A stretch of 64,000 nucleotides of DNA from a virus (lineage: Duplodnaviria > Caudoviricetes), in IMG/VR virus record IMGVR_UViG_3300048586_000294, positions 184 to 64,183 of that record, one strand, 5' to 3'. Within the stretch, counting starts at the first letter, position 1. The number at the start of each line of letters is the position of its first letter. The notes under the pieces are model-generated. The model did no database searches. It worked only from the letters and a program-made list of their open reading frames with translations, and was not told the origin of the DNA. Below are positions 19,723 to 30,740 of this stretch, one piece after another. A program made the translations under genes and the position numbers.

Positions 19723-21873
19723 TTACCGATAGTTGGCCAGTTCTTTCTTGAGCTGGCTGACCACATCCGCGAATGCCCGTTTGTCTGCATTGCGCGTTGA
19801 CGCATATTCCCCGCGATCATAAGTCACCACGGAGCCGCCATTCATCAAATTGATGTAGGCGTTTTCCAACATCCGCAACCGCTTCACACTGCCCGCGTAA
19901 TCCGGTGAATTGGGGATGGCCAAGGTGCGAGTGCCGGACAGGATCAGCGAGAGCTTGCTCGCTTCCTCCATGGTCAGCTTACCCTCCTGGTCTGCCCGAT
20001 AGAGCCCAACTAGCTTCTCACGCTGGGTGGTCTGGACAAGCCGTATCTGCTCGGTCGGGTCTTTGGTGAGTGCTTCAATTGGCAACTGGCCACTGGCGTA
20101 TTTATCGACCTGCTGGGCTTTGTGCTCCACCGCGTTGAACAACTCTTGCAGTTGAGCGGTCAAGTCGATTTCACTTTGCGGGTTAGCCAAGAAGGGGTGG
20201 TTCATCCCCTGTCGCTGCATGTTCGTTTCCAAGGTAAACGAGGTGTCCCACTGGCGGCTATTGGCGGCACGGGACTCAGTTTCCTTGGCGAACGAGGCCA
20301 CCTCACTTTTGAGGGCTTGAAGCTGGCGGCGCAGTTCGCCCACTTTGGCCAGTGGGATCTGGCTGGCAGGCAGCTGGACGAGGGTGGCAATCTCCTGCTC
20401 CAGCTGCTGGCGTTCACTGGCTAACTCGTGGCGCTTGGTGTTGCTCCAAATCATCGGGTCGGTGGGTTTGTACGCACCGCCTTGCGTTTGCATCCCCGTT
20501 ATCACCTCGCGGTCACGCGGGATCCCCATTTCCTGGGCGACTCTTTCCACGGCGGCGACCCGCTCGGTGGGGTTGTCCTTGACCAGCTCGGTCACTTTGT
20601 TGATGAACTCGTCCACCTGCTCTTGGCGCGGGGCGTACTCGGCGGCAATGTTGCCTACGCCTTGTGCCTCGGTGTCCTTGGTATTGAGGTTCAGTCGCGC
20701 CTTCACCAGTTCATCGGTGGCCTTCTGCTCGGTGGTGAAGTCGGTGACGGCTTTCTGGCTGGCCGCTTGTCCGGTAGCCTGCCAGTCGCTTCGCTGTTTG
20801 GTCTGCATCAGAGTGCGGGTGCCATTCACCATGTCGGCAACCTGCTTCTCGTCTGCGTAGATGCCACGGGCCTTGAGCCCTTCACCGATCTCCTGCTCGG
20901 TCTTGCCGGAGCTTATCAGGGTGGCCAACCACTCCTGTGCCTTGGGGTCGGTCGAAAAGCGGGCCAAGGATCCCTGATTGAGCGACAGCGCCTCTTGCTC
21001 CCAGGTGCCAACGGTGGTGTTAACCAGCTCGTTAAGCATCTTCGGGTCCGCATCGCCAATGGTCATCTTGAGCATCGCGTTAAGGCCGTTCTTCACCTTA
21101 TCCGACTCTCCGGATTGCAGGGCCGCCATGCCGCTTTGGCGGTACGACTCTGCCACTCGCAGCGCCAAGGAGAGGTCGCTGTTGCGCCGTTCGCGGGCAA
21201 GCTGAGCCTGACGTTCACGCTTGGCCTCAAGCACTTGGTTAACGCGCAAGTTGGCCATTTCCACCTGTTGGCCGGTCGGGGTGTAGCCAAGCACACTCTT
21301 GAGGTGGCCTGCGGTCAGGCGCTGGCCAGTCTCGCCAAGCTGGATGATTTGATCCCAGCGGCTGTCCATGATCTCGGACTGGGTGCGCTGCCACAGATTG
21401 GAGTAGTTGGCATTGCCGAACTGGCCGCGCAGGTCGTTGGCAATGGTCTGGTCGCCGCCGCTCATTGCGCCGATGGTGCGCTCCAGCGCCTGCTGGGTGT
21501 CGCCGTCCGTACTCAACAAGTTGTCGGCCATGTCGCGCTCGAAGACGCTGGAGAGCTGGGCTTGCTTGCTGATCATTTCCATCCGCGCCATACGGTCGGA
21601 TTGGGCCTTGGCCTGCTGGTTGCTTGCCGCGTAGGCTTGCAGCTGCTGTTCTTGCGGCAGTGCATCACGCAGCCACGGAGCGCTCCCCGTGATGGAGCCG
21701 ATGAAGGTTTGATAGTCTTGGAAGTTGGCGTCTGGGTTCGCCTTCTTGAACTCATTGAACAAGCGGGCCGCCTCGACCCGCTTGTTATTGTTACGTTGGC
21801 GGCCTTCTTCAAAGCCTTGGGCCATGTTGGCCCACATCAAAGCGTCCATCGTGTCCCCCTTATCGTCTGCCAA
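19723..21873 (-). CDS. Internal virion (ejection) protein
   Basis: Helical Gln/Ala-rich protein between the tail genes and the giant virion gene. Confidence 0.65.
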   Translation of the reverse strand: MADDKGDTMDALMWANMAQGFEEGRQRNNNKRVEAARLFNEFKKANPDANFQDYQTFIGSITGSAPWLRDALPQEQQLQAYAASNQQAKAQSDRMARMEMISKQAQLSSVFERDMADNLLSTDGDTQQALERTIGAMSGGDQTIANDLRGQFGNANYSNLWQRTQSEIMDSRWDQIIQLGETGQRLTAGHLKSVLGYTPTGQQVEMANLRVNQVLEAKRERQAQLARERRNSDLSLALRVAESYRQSGMAALQSGESDKVKNGLNAMLKMTIGDADPKMLNELVNTTVGTWEQEALSLNQGSLARFSTDPKAQEWLATLISSGKTEQEIGEGLKARGIYADEKQVADMVNGTRTLMQTKQRSDWQATGQAASQKAVTDFTTEQKATDELVKARLNLNTKDTEAQGVGNIAAEYAPRQEQVDEFINKVTELVKDNPTERVAAVERVAQEMGIPRDREVITGMQTQGGAYKPTDPMIWSNTKRHELASERQQLEQEIATLVQLPASQIPLAKVGELRRQLQALKSEVASFAKETESRAANSRQWDTSFTLETNMQRQGMNHPFLANPQSEIDLTAQLQELFNAVEHKAQQVDKYASGQLPIEALTKDPTEQIRLVQTTQREKLVGLYRADQEGKLTMEEASKLSLILSGTRTLAIPNSPDYAGSVKRLRMLENAYINLMNGGSVVTYDRGEYASTRNADKRAFADVVSQLKKELANYR

Positions 21874-23698
21874 TCTGGCCGGAGCTTGGCATCATCGCGT
21901 AGTGGTAAGCGGGCACGTTGCTGCGCCCGTTCCACCCGCTGCTGTTCTTCTTGAGGTAGCTGTCCAGCCAGCTGCCCGCTGTGCTGCCCAAGTCGGCCAA
22001 CGCAGAGCCTGCGGCCTGACCGGCACTGGCTGCGGCGTTCAGGTAGGCTTGGTTGTTGTTGGCGTAGCCGTTGCTCATGCCGCCGTACACGTTGCTCATG
22101 CCCGCGTAGGCTTGGCTGTAGGCGTTGTTCACGTTGATTTGCGGCATGTTATAGACCGGCGCACCCATGTAGCTGGCGTTGAGGCCAGGGATACCCAGTT
22201 GCTGCGCGGCCCCGCTGCCCACCTGCCCGTTGTAGATCCCGCTGCCCACGCTCAGTGGCGATTGATAGTTGTTCGCACTGCGGGTGTCGTAGCCGCTGTA
22301 GCCGCTGCCAATCTGGACTGGCGCGTTGGCCATGGCGGACTGGATAGCGCGGTCGTACACCGTGCTGGTTCCTGGCTGGTAGAAGGCGGCATTGGTCTGC
22401 GGGCTCATATACTGGCCTGCACTGGTCAGCTGCTTGTCGTAGATGGCAGAGCGAACCTGCGGCGCTTGGTTCAGATACTGGAGTGGCTGCAAGAAGGCTT
22501 GCATCGTCTCGTTGACGAGGTTGCCACGGCGCTCGAAGGTGGCCCGCTCGTTACCGGCGTTCAGCTCGTTGAGACCCTGCACTTGGGCCAATGCCTCGTT
22601 GTACGAACGGGTCTGTGCTTCGATGTAGCTGGCGGCTGCCTGCTGGGCCACGGCGGCGCGGCTCATGTCGGCAGCCGTGGACACATCCATACCGGACGCA
22701 ATCAGGCGGGCCTCGTTCTGGCTGCTCACCCGATCCACGGCGCGATCCGCCAGCTCGGTGTACTTGCTGGCCAAGACGGCTTGACGCTGGGCCACATCCG
22801 CATCACCGAACCGGCGCACCTCTGCCGGTGTCCCCATGTTGGTCAGGAGGTCTTGCACTCGCTGGGTGCCCGACTGGGCTTGGGTCAGGTAGAGGTTACG
22901 CAGCTGCTGATCGATGGCCCGTTCTTCCATGGCCAAGGCCTGGTTCTGGCGCAGGGTGTCGATGTCGAAATCGCGCTCGTCCCCGAGGATGCCTTGCACC
23001 CGCTTGATCTCGGCAATCTCGTCCGCTCGCTGCTGGAGCAATTGTTGCTGGGCTTTATACAGCTCGGAGCGGTCGAAGGCGGCATCGGCCTTCTTGTCCG
23101 CGCTGGCCTGCTCGAACTGCTTGATGTCAAACTGCCGCTCCATGTCGGCAATCTGCTTGGCCCAATTGAACTGGTCGATGGCATAGCCGCGCTCGTCATA
23201 GGCCATGCCGTCCAGATACCGCTGACGATCCTGGGAGTATTGGGCTTCCTGCTGGGCGATCTGCTGGGCTCGCATCAGCTCCAGCATGGCTTGCTCGCGC
23301 TCCTTCTGGGCCATGCTCTGGTTGCCAAGCAGCTGCTGCATCTGGAACTGCCGATCCTGCTGGGCCAAGTAGTCATACTCGGCCTGCCGGTCGTACATGT
23401 ACTGCTGTTGCTGGTACTGGTTGCCCATCAGCTCGCGCTGGAGACCGAGATTCTGATAGTAGTTGTCGAGGGTCAGTTGCTGATTGAACAGCCCCTGATC
23501 CCACGCCTTCTGGTTCCACTGCTCCTGGCGTTGCTGCTCCTGGTAGGCAGCATTAAGCCTCCCGCTTTCTACGCCAAGCTGGGCCATCTGGGCTTGATAT
23601 TGCAACTGGGCCTGATACTGGGCCTGCTTGGCTGCCGAGTTGGAACTCAGCATTGAACTGGCGAGTGAAGCCCCCGCCATGGCAACCATTCCCCACAT
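21860..23698 (-). CDS. Internal virion (ejection/pilot) protein, Gln-rich
   Basis: MWGMVAMAGASLASS...AAKQAQ N-terminus typical of podovirus pilot proteins; long Q-rich coil. Confidence 0.68.
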   Translation of the reverse strand: MWGMVAMAGASLASSMLSSNSAAKQAQYQAQLQYQAQMAQLGVESGRLNAAYQEQQRQEQWNQKAWDQGLFNQQLTLDNYYQNLGLQRELMGNQYQQQQYMYDRQAEYDYLAQQDRQFQMQQLLGNQSMAQKEREQAMLELMRAQQIAQQEAQYSQDRQRYLDGMAYDERGYAIDQFNWAKQIADMERQFDIKQFEQASADKKADAAFDRSELYKAQQQLLQQRADEIAEIKRVQGILGDERDFDIDTLRQNQALAMEERAIDQQLRNLYLTQAQSGTQRVQDLLTNMGTPAEVRRFGDADVAQRQAVLASKYTELADRAVDRVSSQNEARLIASGMDVSTAADMSRAAVAQQAAASYIEAQTRSYNEALAQVQGLNELNAGNERATFERRGNLVNETMQAFLQPLQYLNQAPQVRSAIYDKQLTSAGQYMSPQTNAAFYQPGTSTVYDRAIQSAMANAPVQIGSGYSGYDTRSANNYQSPLSVGSGIYNGQVGSGAAQQLGIPGLNASYMGAPVYNMPQINVNNAYSQAYAGMSNVYGGMSNGYANNNQAYLNAAASAGQAAGSALADLGSTAGSWLDSYLKKNSSGWNGRSNVPAYHYAMMPSSGQIGRR

Positions 23699-23707
23699 GC
23701 TTCCTCC

Positions 23708-26494
23708 TTACACCAGACCCATGGCCGCCGCGAAGGACGAAGCGCCGCCGTACATTTCTTTCTCTTTGCGCTGTTGGAGCAGGGCGAGGTATTCGGCCTC
23801 GGTCAGCGGTAGGCCATTGGCACCTGTGCCAAAGGTCGGCTTGTTCTGCTGCTGGTTCTGCTGGTTGACCCAGTTGGCTTCACCCTGCTGGGCGGCCTGT
23901 GATTTCTGGAGGTCGGTCTCAATGCGCTGGCGTTCGCCAGTTAGGCGCTTGGTCATGGCGTCCAGCTCGTCCATGGCTTGCTGGGCGTTGTATAACTCGA
24001 TGGTCGCTTTGATGTCGTCCATGCTGCCCTTCTCGCCATCGAGGTTGCCGAGGTTGTAGTAGCTGGTCTCGTTCATGCGCTTGAGCATCGCTTGCGCCTG
24101 CTTCTCAATCTCGCCACGCTTGGTCGATAGCTGGGTCAACTTGTCGTTCACCGAGGTGATCGCATCGTTGTAGCCCTTGCTCATGGAGGTGATGTCGTTG
24201 CCCGAATACATCGACAGGCTGGAGAGGTGCTTACTGAGATCTGTCAGGTAGCTCTTGAGGTCGGCCTCGTTCTGGATCGGCGCGTCCTTGACCTTGCCTT
24301 GCAGGCCACTCAGGGTGGTGTTGATGGTGTCCAACTCGCCTTGGCGCTTGGTCTGCATCCCCGTGATCTCGCCAAGCAACGCGGAATAGCCCTTGTCGCT
24401 GGCCAGCTTGTCGAGGGAACCCTGGGCCTTGGTCAGGGCGTCAGCCCCGTCATAACCCATGGTGGTGGCTCGCTCTTGCAGCTTGGCCAACTCGCTACGC
24501 CAATCACCGGCCAACTGCTGGCGTTCGGCAATCTGCTGACGCAGGTTGTTCAGCGCGGTCAGGTCGCGGTAGTTGGCCCCGTCCACGCTGGTATCCATGC
24601 CAATCAGGCCGCGCTCGGCCTCCTTGGCTTGCGCCTGCATCTGGGCTAACTCGTTCTCCAGCTTGGCCAAGGCTTGGGTGCGCTTGTTGCTCAAGCCTTC
24701 AAGGTCGCTTTGCTCGCGCCCCAGCTGGTTCATCAGGGTGCCCATCTGCGGGTTCAACTCGGACTTGAAGCCAGCCAGCTGGTCGGCCAGGGAGCTGTAG
24801 CGTTTACGCAGCGCATCGATCTTGCTGGCATCGTTGATACCGGCGGTGTCGATGTCGTTGGAGAGGCCACCGATGTCGAGCCCGAACTGCTTCTGGAAGT
24901 CATCGACTCGTTTCTGTTCGGTGGTGCGCTTGTTGCCAAGGTCGGTGAGCTGGCCACGCAACTGCCCCAAGGTGGCGTTCTGGTTGTCCCACTTCACCCC
25001 GAGTTCGGAGTTAAAGCGGCCCATCTGCTGCTGGAGGGTGTCAAGGTAACGGCCATAGTTGCCCATTGCCTTGTCGTCTGCGATCCCGAGGCCCCCGATA
25101 GCGTTCTGGTACTGGTCAAGCTGGCCGGTAATGGCGTCCTGGTAAGACTTCACCCGCTGACTCTCCATGTCATAGGCGCTCTTGTAGCCTGCTAACTCGG
25201 TCTGGATGCGTTGCAGCATCTGGGCCTGCTGGCCGCCGTTGTAGTGTTCATAGCTGGACTTGAATCCGTCGGCTTGGCTGCGGTAGTCCTCGAACTGCTT
25301 GGCCGCGGCCTTGTAAACCTTGTCGTACTCGGCCAGCCCCGCATTGCTCAACTTGCCGTAGAGGCTGTTGAGGTTGCCGGTCATCTGCTGCTGGAAGTTG
25401 CTGACCCGTGCGGCTTCGGTCTCGCGGTCTTTCTCCAGCTTGGTGATCTGGCCCAGCAGGGATGAATAGCCACCCTTGATGGAACTGCTGTAGTCACTCA
25501 CGCTCTGGCCGTTGTACTCGTAGCCAAGGTTGTTTGACTTCAAGAAGTTGTAGTAGTCATTGTTGATGCTGCCGAGACCTTGCTGGGACTGTTGCAGCTT
25601 GCGCTTGAGGCTGGCCCCGAGGTCATCCACGTTGTTCATGTTCAGGCCAAAGACCTGTTCCTCCAGCTGATTGAAGTTGCTGCCCCAGCCAGCCAAGGTG
25701 CTGTTGATGCTGCTCTTGTCCTGCGCAATCCGCTGATCAAACTGGCCCAACTTGTTGTTGGCCTGCTGGAACATGGCGTTCAGCTGGTTGAGGTAGTCGT
25801 TGCCTTGGTAGTTGGCCAGGGTGGGGGTGTCCACGGTCAGAGGGCGGTCATAGCCCTGAATGGTCGGGGCAAAGTTCACCTGCTGGACTTGTCCCTTCCA
25901 GTTGCTCAGCGTGTCGAAGTTCTTGAGCAGGCTCTGATAGCCTTGGGCAAACTCGTTGGTGTCCCAGACGCCGGTCTGACCCAACCACGCATTCGCGCCA
26001 CCAGTGTACTGGCCGCCCGTCATGTTCTTGATGGTGTAGGTGGTGTCATGGGCAGCGGAGGCAGCCTGCTCGTTGAGGGCGGCAAGTTCTCTATCAATGT
26101 CCTGGATCTCGGCGGACACACCTTGACCATTGGCACGGCTCAATCGGTCACGTGTGGCCTTCAGCGAATCACGCTGGCTCTGCATGTCCGGCGACCAGCC
26201 ATCAAAACGCCCCCCTGCATAGGTGGCGTCCTGCCAGCCGGTTGGCGTCCAGAATTTGCTGGCGTCGCTCGCTTGGGTGTTGATGGCCTTGAGGTAGTCG
26301 TTATAGCCCCAGCCGGACAGGCTATTGAGGTAGTCACGTCCTTGCGCGAAGGCGCTATTTGCAGCGTTGTTGAGGCTATTGATCTGGGTGTTGTACTGGT
26401 TTGCCTGATCCTGCCGCTTCTTGTTCTCGGTATTGACCAGATGTTGGTTCTGGCTGGAGTAGTCCGGTACGCTTGGTGAACTGTGGCCGCCCAT
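23708..26494 (-). CDS. Internal virion coiled-coil protein
   Basis: MGG..PSVPDY N-terminus following a GNAT gene; repetitive coiled coil. Confidence 0.68.
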   Translation of the reverse strand: MGGHSSPSVPDYSSQNQHLVNTENKKRQDQANQYNTQINSLNNAANSAFAQGRDYLNSLSGWGYNDYLKAINTQASDASKFWTPTGWQDATYAGGRFDGWSPDMQSQRDSLKATRDRLSRANGQGVSAEIQDIDRELAALNEQAASAAHDTTYTIKNMTGGQYTGGANAWLGQTGVWDTNEFAQGYQSLLKNFDTLSNWKGQVQQVNFAPTIQGYDRPLTVDTPTLANYQGNDYLNQLNAMFQQANNKLGQFDQRIAQDKSSINSTLAGWGSNFNQLEEQVFGLNMNNVDDLGASLKRKLQQSQQGLGSINNDYYNFLKSNNLGYEYNGQSVSDYSSSIKGGYSSLLGQITKLEKDRETEAARVSNFQQQMTGNLNSLYGKLSNAGLAEYDKVYKAAAKQFEDYRSQADGFKSSYEHYNGGQQAQMLQRIQTELAGYKSAYDMESQRVKSYQDAITGQLDQYQNAIGGLGIADDKAMGNYGRYLDTLQQQMGRFNSELGVKWDNQNATLGQLRGQLTDLGNKRTTEQKRVDDFQKQFGLDIGGLSNDIDTAGINDASKIDALRKRYSSLADQLAGFKSELNPQMGTLMNQLGREQSDLEGLSNKRTQALAKLENELAQMQAQAKEAERGLIGMDTSVDGANYRDLTALNNLRQQIAERQQLAGDWRSELAKLQERATTMGYDGADALTKAQGSLDKLASDKGYSALLGEITGMQTKRQGELDTINTTLSGLQGKVKDAPIQNEADLKSYLTDLSKHLSSLSMYSGNDITSMSKGYNDAITSVNDKLTQLSTKRGEIEKQAQAMLKRMNETSYYNLGNLDGEKGSMDDIKATIELYNAQQAMDELDAMTKRLTGERQRIETDLQKSQAAQQGEANWVNQQNQQQNKPTFGTGANGLPLTEAEYLALLQQRKEKEMYGGASSFAAAMGLV

Positions 26495-26503
26495 GATGCC
26501 CCC

Positions 26504-26959
26504 TTATTCGTATGCGTAAAGCGCCCCAAAGGGGGCAAAGCCGACTCGCTTCATCAAGCGGTCGTACACTCGGCTGTTTGTCACTCTTGCCCCATTGGCC
26601 AAGGTGATGCGGTCTGCCCCGTTGGCCTCGGCCCATGCCACGTAATGGGCAATCATCTGGCTCGCTGCGTCATTGCGGCCCCGACACTCGGGGCGCACGT
26701 AGAGCGACAGGTCGTGGGCGATCTGGATGTCGGTGGCGAAGTGGTTGACGATGTAAGCACCCATGAAGCCGACCGGCTCTTGCTCGTCCATGGCAATCAG
26801 GCCGAGGTAGTAGTCGGGTTCATAGACGGTGGCGAGCAGGGTGTTGACCATGCGCTGATAGCTAAACCGGCCATAGAGACCGGTTTCGTTGACAAGGTTT
26901 TCGGCCATCTTGGCCACAAGCGGGGCGTCTGCCTCCACCATGTTGCGGATGGTGATCAT
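26504..26959 (-). CDS. GNAT-family acetyltransferase of the virion module
   Basis: TIRNMVEAD..., LYVRPECRG, KRVGF. Confidence 0.8.
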   Translation of the reverse strand: MITIRNMVEADAPLVAKMAENLVNETGLYGRFSYQRMVNTLLATVYEPDYYLGLIAMDEQEPVGFMGAYIVNHFATDIQIAHDLSLYVRPECRGRNDAASQMIAHYVAWAEANGADRITLANGARVTNSRVYDRLMKRVGFAPFGALYAYE

Positions 26960-28512
26960 GCGTTGATGACCTCCGCCACGATGGTGATCTCCAGCTTGTT
27001 GGCGGCGTTGGCGTTCTCCACCTCAAAGCCGATCCCGATACTGGTAGCGATGGCATCCACGCTGACCGGCGACCCCAGCGGGAACTCGGACGGCGTAGAG
27101 CTGGCGGTGAAGGTGCTGCCAGTCTTGACGCCGCCTACGGTCAGGGTGACGGAGGCCGTGCCGGACTCGGTACGCAGCGAAACGGCAATCAAGCGCAGCT
27201 TCTGCTTGAACGGGCGAACCACGGTGTACTTGCCGTTGGTGATCCCCGCGCCACTGGCGTAGTAGAAGGATTGGGTGGTCAGCACTTCGGGCATCTGGGT
27301 CTTGATCAGGCGCCCCTGGTTGTCCAGACCCGCCACGCCGTTGGATGCGCCGATCCGGTTGATGGAGAGGTAGCCGGAAAGGTCGATGTTGCCCCATTCC
27401 AGACCGGTGCCGGTTGGAGAGACGCGCAAGATCTGGTTGATGTTGCCGGTGCCAAAGGGCGGCAGGCGATTCTCTGGGTTGATCTGCACCCACGCCAGTC
27501 CGTTGTAGTAGAACAGCGCCGGAGAGGCCAAGGCGGTGTTGAGCCAGAAGCTCGGGGTCACGGGGTTATTCGGCTGGGACGCATTCACGTAGATGCGGGC
27601 GCGAGCCTCCAGTGAGGGGAGCAGGCTATCGACCTTGCTCTGCGGGATCTGGTCGTTGCTGATGGCCAGGCGGTGGAAGGCAATCAGACCGCTTTGCGGG
27701 TCAACGTAGTCCTTTTCCATCATGAAGCCCGCAACCGTCTGGCTCAGGCTGTTCTCGAACTTGACGATGGAGAGCCGATTGCCCGCCGTGACCGGCTGCA
27801 TCATGGAGAGGGTGGAGGTGTCGGGGCTGGCTACGTAGTCAAAGCTGCCCCCCTCACGCAGCAACACCCCGTTCTTGTAAACGTTGATGTCGCTCTTGTT
27901 CTTGTGATTGATAGGGAAGATGACCTGCGCCGTGGTGACGTCAAAGTCCACGCGGCTGTAGCTGTTCATCGCCTCGGTGCGGATCTTGAAGGCGGTCACA
28001 AGGTCGGTGGTCAGCAGCGGGGTATTCAGCTCGATGCGACCGGCGACCCCAGCATTGGGGTTGCCAAGGTAGTCGTAAGCCACGCCCTCACGCTGGAGGA
28101 TGCCGTTCTTGAACACCATCAGGGTTTCCCCTTCACGGTGGGCGTAGTCGAGGAAGGTCGCGCCTGCCTTCTGGGTGTAGTCCACGCGGCCATAGAAGAC
28201 CGGCGCGGTCAGCTCACCGATGTTGAGACCGGCAGGGCCACGTACTTCGGACAAGGTGGCGATGTTGCGCCAGCCCTCGTCCTCGTCCAGGTAGTCACCT
28301 ACGCGGTACTGCAGGCCGTATTCGGGGTCGAGGCGCATTTCGATAGGCGCAGAGAGTTCGCCCTGTTCATCGAACAGGACGCGCAGCAACTCGGCCAAGG
28401 TCTTGTTACCCAGCTCGGCGGCGTTGAGGTAGCGGATGATCTGCTCGAAGTCCCCATTGATGGCCGAGTTGGTCAGGTAGGCCAAGGGGTACAGCTGGCG
28501 GATGCGGGGCAT
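26956..28512 (-). CDS. Tail structural protein
   Basis: Two VF/YKNG.L.REG..(Y/F)DY repeats; GASNGVAGLD motif; position in the tail module. Confidence 0.65.
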   Translation of the reverse strand: MPRIRQLYPLAYLTNSAINGDFEQIIRYLNAAELGNKTLAELLRVLFDEQGELSAPIEMRLDPEYGLQYRVGDYLDEDEGWRNIATLSEVRGPAGLNIGELTAPVFYGRVDYTQKAGATFLDYAHREGETLMVFKNGILQREGVAYDYLGNPNAGVAGRIELNTPLLTTDLVTAFKIRTEAMNSYSRVDFDVTTAQVIFPINHKNKSDINVYKNGVLLREGGSFDYVASPDTSTLSMMQPVTAGNRLSIVKFENSLSQTVAGFMMEKDYVDPQSGLIAFHRLAISNDQIPQSKVDSLLPSLEARARIYVNASQPNNPVTPSFWLNTALASPALFYYNGLAWVQINPENRLPPFGTGNINQILRVSPTGTGLEWGNIDLSGYLSINRIGASNGVAGLDNQGRLIKTQMPEVLTTQSFYYASGAGITNGKYTVVRPFKQKLRLIAVSLRTESGTASVTLTVGGVKTGSTFTASSTPSEFPLGSPVSVDAIATSIGIGFEVENANAANKLEITIVAEVINA

Positions 28513-28514
28513 GA

Positions 28515-30044
28515 TTACTCCTTGCGCGTCATAATGGCGAACCCGTTCAGGCGGGTGGCCTGCTCGGCTTCGATTTCAAACTCCAGCTGGATGCCCCGAT
28601 AACGCACTTCAAAGCGCAGCTCGTAGCTGTCTGTGAGCGGGGCAGTCGAGAAACTGCCGTTGTCGATGGCGCTGATCTCCAGCCGTTGCGCATACAGCTC
28701 AATGCCTGCCTCGTTGCGGGCGCGGATGGTGATATTGCCGCCCCCTGTGGCTTGCACCAGCAGGCTGTACGCCGACTTGGTTCGGGTCATTGTCCCGTTC
28801 CACAAGATGGGGGTCGTCACCCTTGCCACGGGGTAACTCACGCGGGTGTCTTGCTGGCTTTCGTTGTTGAGGGCGCGGGTAAACCGCTTGGCTTTGAAGA
28901 TGCCGGAGCGGGTGCCCAGCATCAGCTGACCGCCAAGGGAGTCGGCGCAACGGGCATAGAGGAAGTCGCCGGTATTCCAGCGGGGCTTGGTGCTCTCTTC
29001 ATCGACCGGCATGGTCATGGAGAGGCGCAGCGTGCGCAGGTTGTCACGCTGCACAAAGAAGATGTGGTATTGCCCTTCGTCCTGATCCCAGACTGCGCTT
29101 ATCTCCTGCGGGGTTGCCACCGAATCGAACAGGGAGCGGTAAAGGCTCTCCACGTCTTCTGACATCGGGTAGCTGTAAACCATGATCCCGTTCTCGGCAG
29201 AGCGGCGTATGGAGTGGACGCCAAAGCGCGAGCAGAACAGCACATCGTTGCCCGCGTTGGCGATGGAGTTGTGACTCACACAGCCCACGTTCACGTTGGC
29301 GCGGTCATCAAGCCCCCAGTCCTCGATCCCTGGGCTGGTCACATAGATAAACGTCCGGTCGTGGGTGAACACCAACAGCCGGTTTTGCTCGAAGGTGGCG
29401 AGGCCGGTGATGATGTCGGCGGTGCCAAGCAGGTTGGCGATGTCTACCTTGCCGGCCTTGAGGACGCTGGTGCTCTTGGGGTCTTCCTCGGCGGGGAAGA
29501 TGGCGTGGTTGTCCACGCGGGAAATGTAGAGGCTGGTCTCGTCCCCCACGCAACCGGCCAACACCAGACGGCGTGAGATACTGACGCCAAAAGCGGGGCC
29601 AAGGGTGCGCATCGAGGGGGCCGGAAACTCGCGCCATGTCATGCCGTCAAACTCACGCGGGATGCTCGCGTATGCGTAGAAGCCCACCTTGCGGTTGAAG
29701 ATGGTGCTGGTCAGCACGGCAGGCCGAACGAACAGGAAGTCGGTCGCATCGCCTCGACTGCTACGCAGACGGGTGCCCCCATCCATGCGCTCGGCCCAAC
29801 ATAGGGTGTTGAAGTCGTAGTGACGCAGGTGGGAGACGTTGCTCGCGTCAAGCGCCTTGTAGGCTCCATTGTCCAGGGTTATCTGGCCGTTCTTGTCACA
29901 GAAGGCATTGTGCAAGCCAACGAGGGGTTGGTTCTCCCCCACGTCCATGGAGGTGGGGTCGAGCTTGGTATCCAGTCCGCTGAATTTGAAGTAGGGATGG
30001 GTATCAAGCTGGAGGCTGGGATCGGAGTTGAGCAGGCTCATCAC
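28515..30044 (-). CDS. Tail nozzle / tube protein (beta-propeller)
   Basis: FSGLD N-terminus, VGCVSHNSI motif; follows the adaptor gene. Confidence 0.7.
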   Translation of the reverse strand: MMSLLNSDPSLQLDTHPYFKFSGLDTKLDPTSMDVGENQPLVGLHNAFCDKNGQITLDNGAYKALDASNVSHLRHYDFNTLCWAERMDGGTRLRSSRGDATDFLFVRPAVLTSTIFNRKVGFYAYASIPREFDGMTWREFPAPSMRTLGPAFGVSISRRLVLAGCVGDETSLYISRVDNHAIFPAEEDPKSTSVLKAGKVDIANLLGTADIITGLATFEQNRLLVFTHDRTFIYVTSPGIEDWGLDDRANVNVGCVSHNSIANAGNDVLFCSRFGVHSIRRSAENGIMVYSYPMSEDVESLYRSLFDSVATPQEISAVWDQDEGQYHIFFVQRDNLRTLRLSMTMPVDEESTKPRWNTGDFLYARCADSLGGQLMLGTRSGIFKAKRFTRALNNESQQDTRVSYPVARVTTPILWNGTMTRTKSAYSLLVQATGGGNITIRARNEAGIELYAQRLEISAIDNGSFSTAPLTDSYELRFEVRYRGIQLEFEIEAEQATRLNGFAIMTRKE

Positions 30045-30487
30045 TCATTCTCCAGTTGGGAGCCACCATCAACCGGACGCACTTCGATTGGCCCATTGCC
30101 AATGGTGAGGCGGGACAAGATGCGGTTCATGGTGAGGTAGAACTTGGCGCGGTAGGTGCCTGCCTTCTGGCTGTTCTGCTGCTCGGCGTAGAGGTAGAGC
30201 ACACCTGCGATGACGATGGCATCCGCGATGGGGCGCACGTCTTCGGTGTGGATGTAGTAGGGCGTGACCGTCTTGGTGTAGGGGTGCATGTTCACCTCTT
30301 CCACCACTTCGTTGGCCATTTCGAGCAACATGGCCTGCGTCTCGGGATAGGCTGCGCCCGCGCTCACATCACCATAGCGGCGCAATGCACAGCGCAATAA
30401 TGAACTGAGGGGCGAATAGTCTCGCCCCCCTGCCACATGCGTATTGACTGCCTCAGCGGTGCCAAAGGGCTTATTGTTGCGGCTCAT
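30041..30487 (-). CDS. Head-tail adaptor-like protein
   Basis: Position after capsid; likely start MSRNNKP at 30487. Confidence 0.55.
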   Translation of the reverse strand: MSRNNKPFGTAEAVNTHVAGGRDYSPLSSLLRCALRRYGDVSAGAAYPETQAMLLEMANEVVEEVNMHPYTKTVTPYYIHTEDVRPIADAIVIAGVLYLYAEQQNSQKAGTYRAKFYLTMNRILSRLTIGNGPIEVRPVDGGSQLENE

Positions 30488-30728
30488 AGTCGTACTTCTC
30501 CAGTCGGCCCTGTCTAAAGAACAGGTGGCGTTCAAACCGCTCGGTGTCTGCCTGCTTCACGCGAAAGATCAGGCGGCGGTCGTTGTCGTAGCCAAAGGGC
30601 AACCAGCTGTCGCCACTGGCGCACGGGATGGAGAAAGAGGTCTCTACCGGTAACGGGGTGCGGTAGTAACTAAAGGATTCGGTTTCAACGGGCTTGCGGG
30701 GGCGGGCCGGTTTCTCTTGGTCAGTCAT
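30471..30728 (-). CDS. Hypothetical virion-module protein
   Basis: GGAGG RBS before MTDQEK. Confidence 0.55.
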   Translation of the reverse strand: MTDQEKPARPRKPVETESFSYYRTPLPVETSFSIPCASGDSWLPFGYDNDRRLIFRVKQADTERFERHLFFRQGRLEKYDYEPQQ

Positions 30729-30740
30729 GGGAACCTCCAT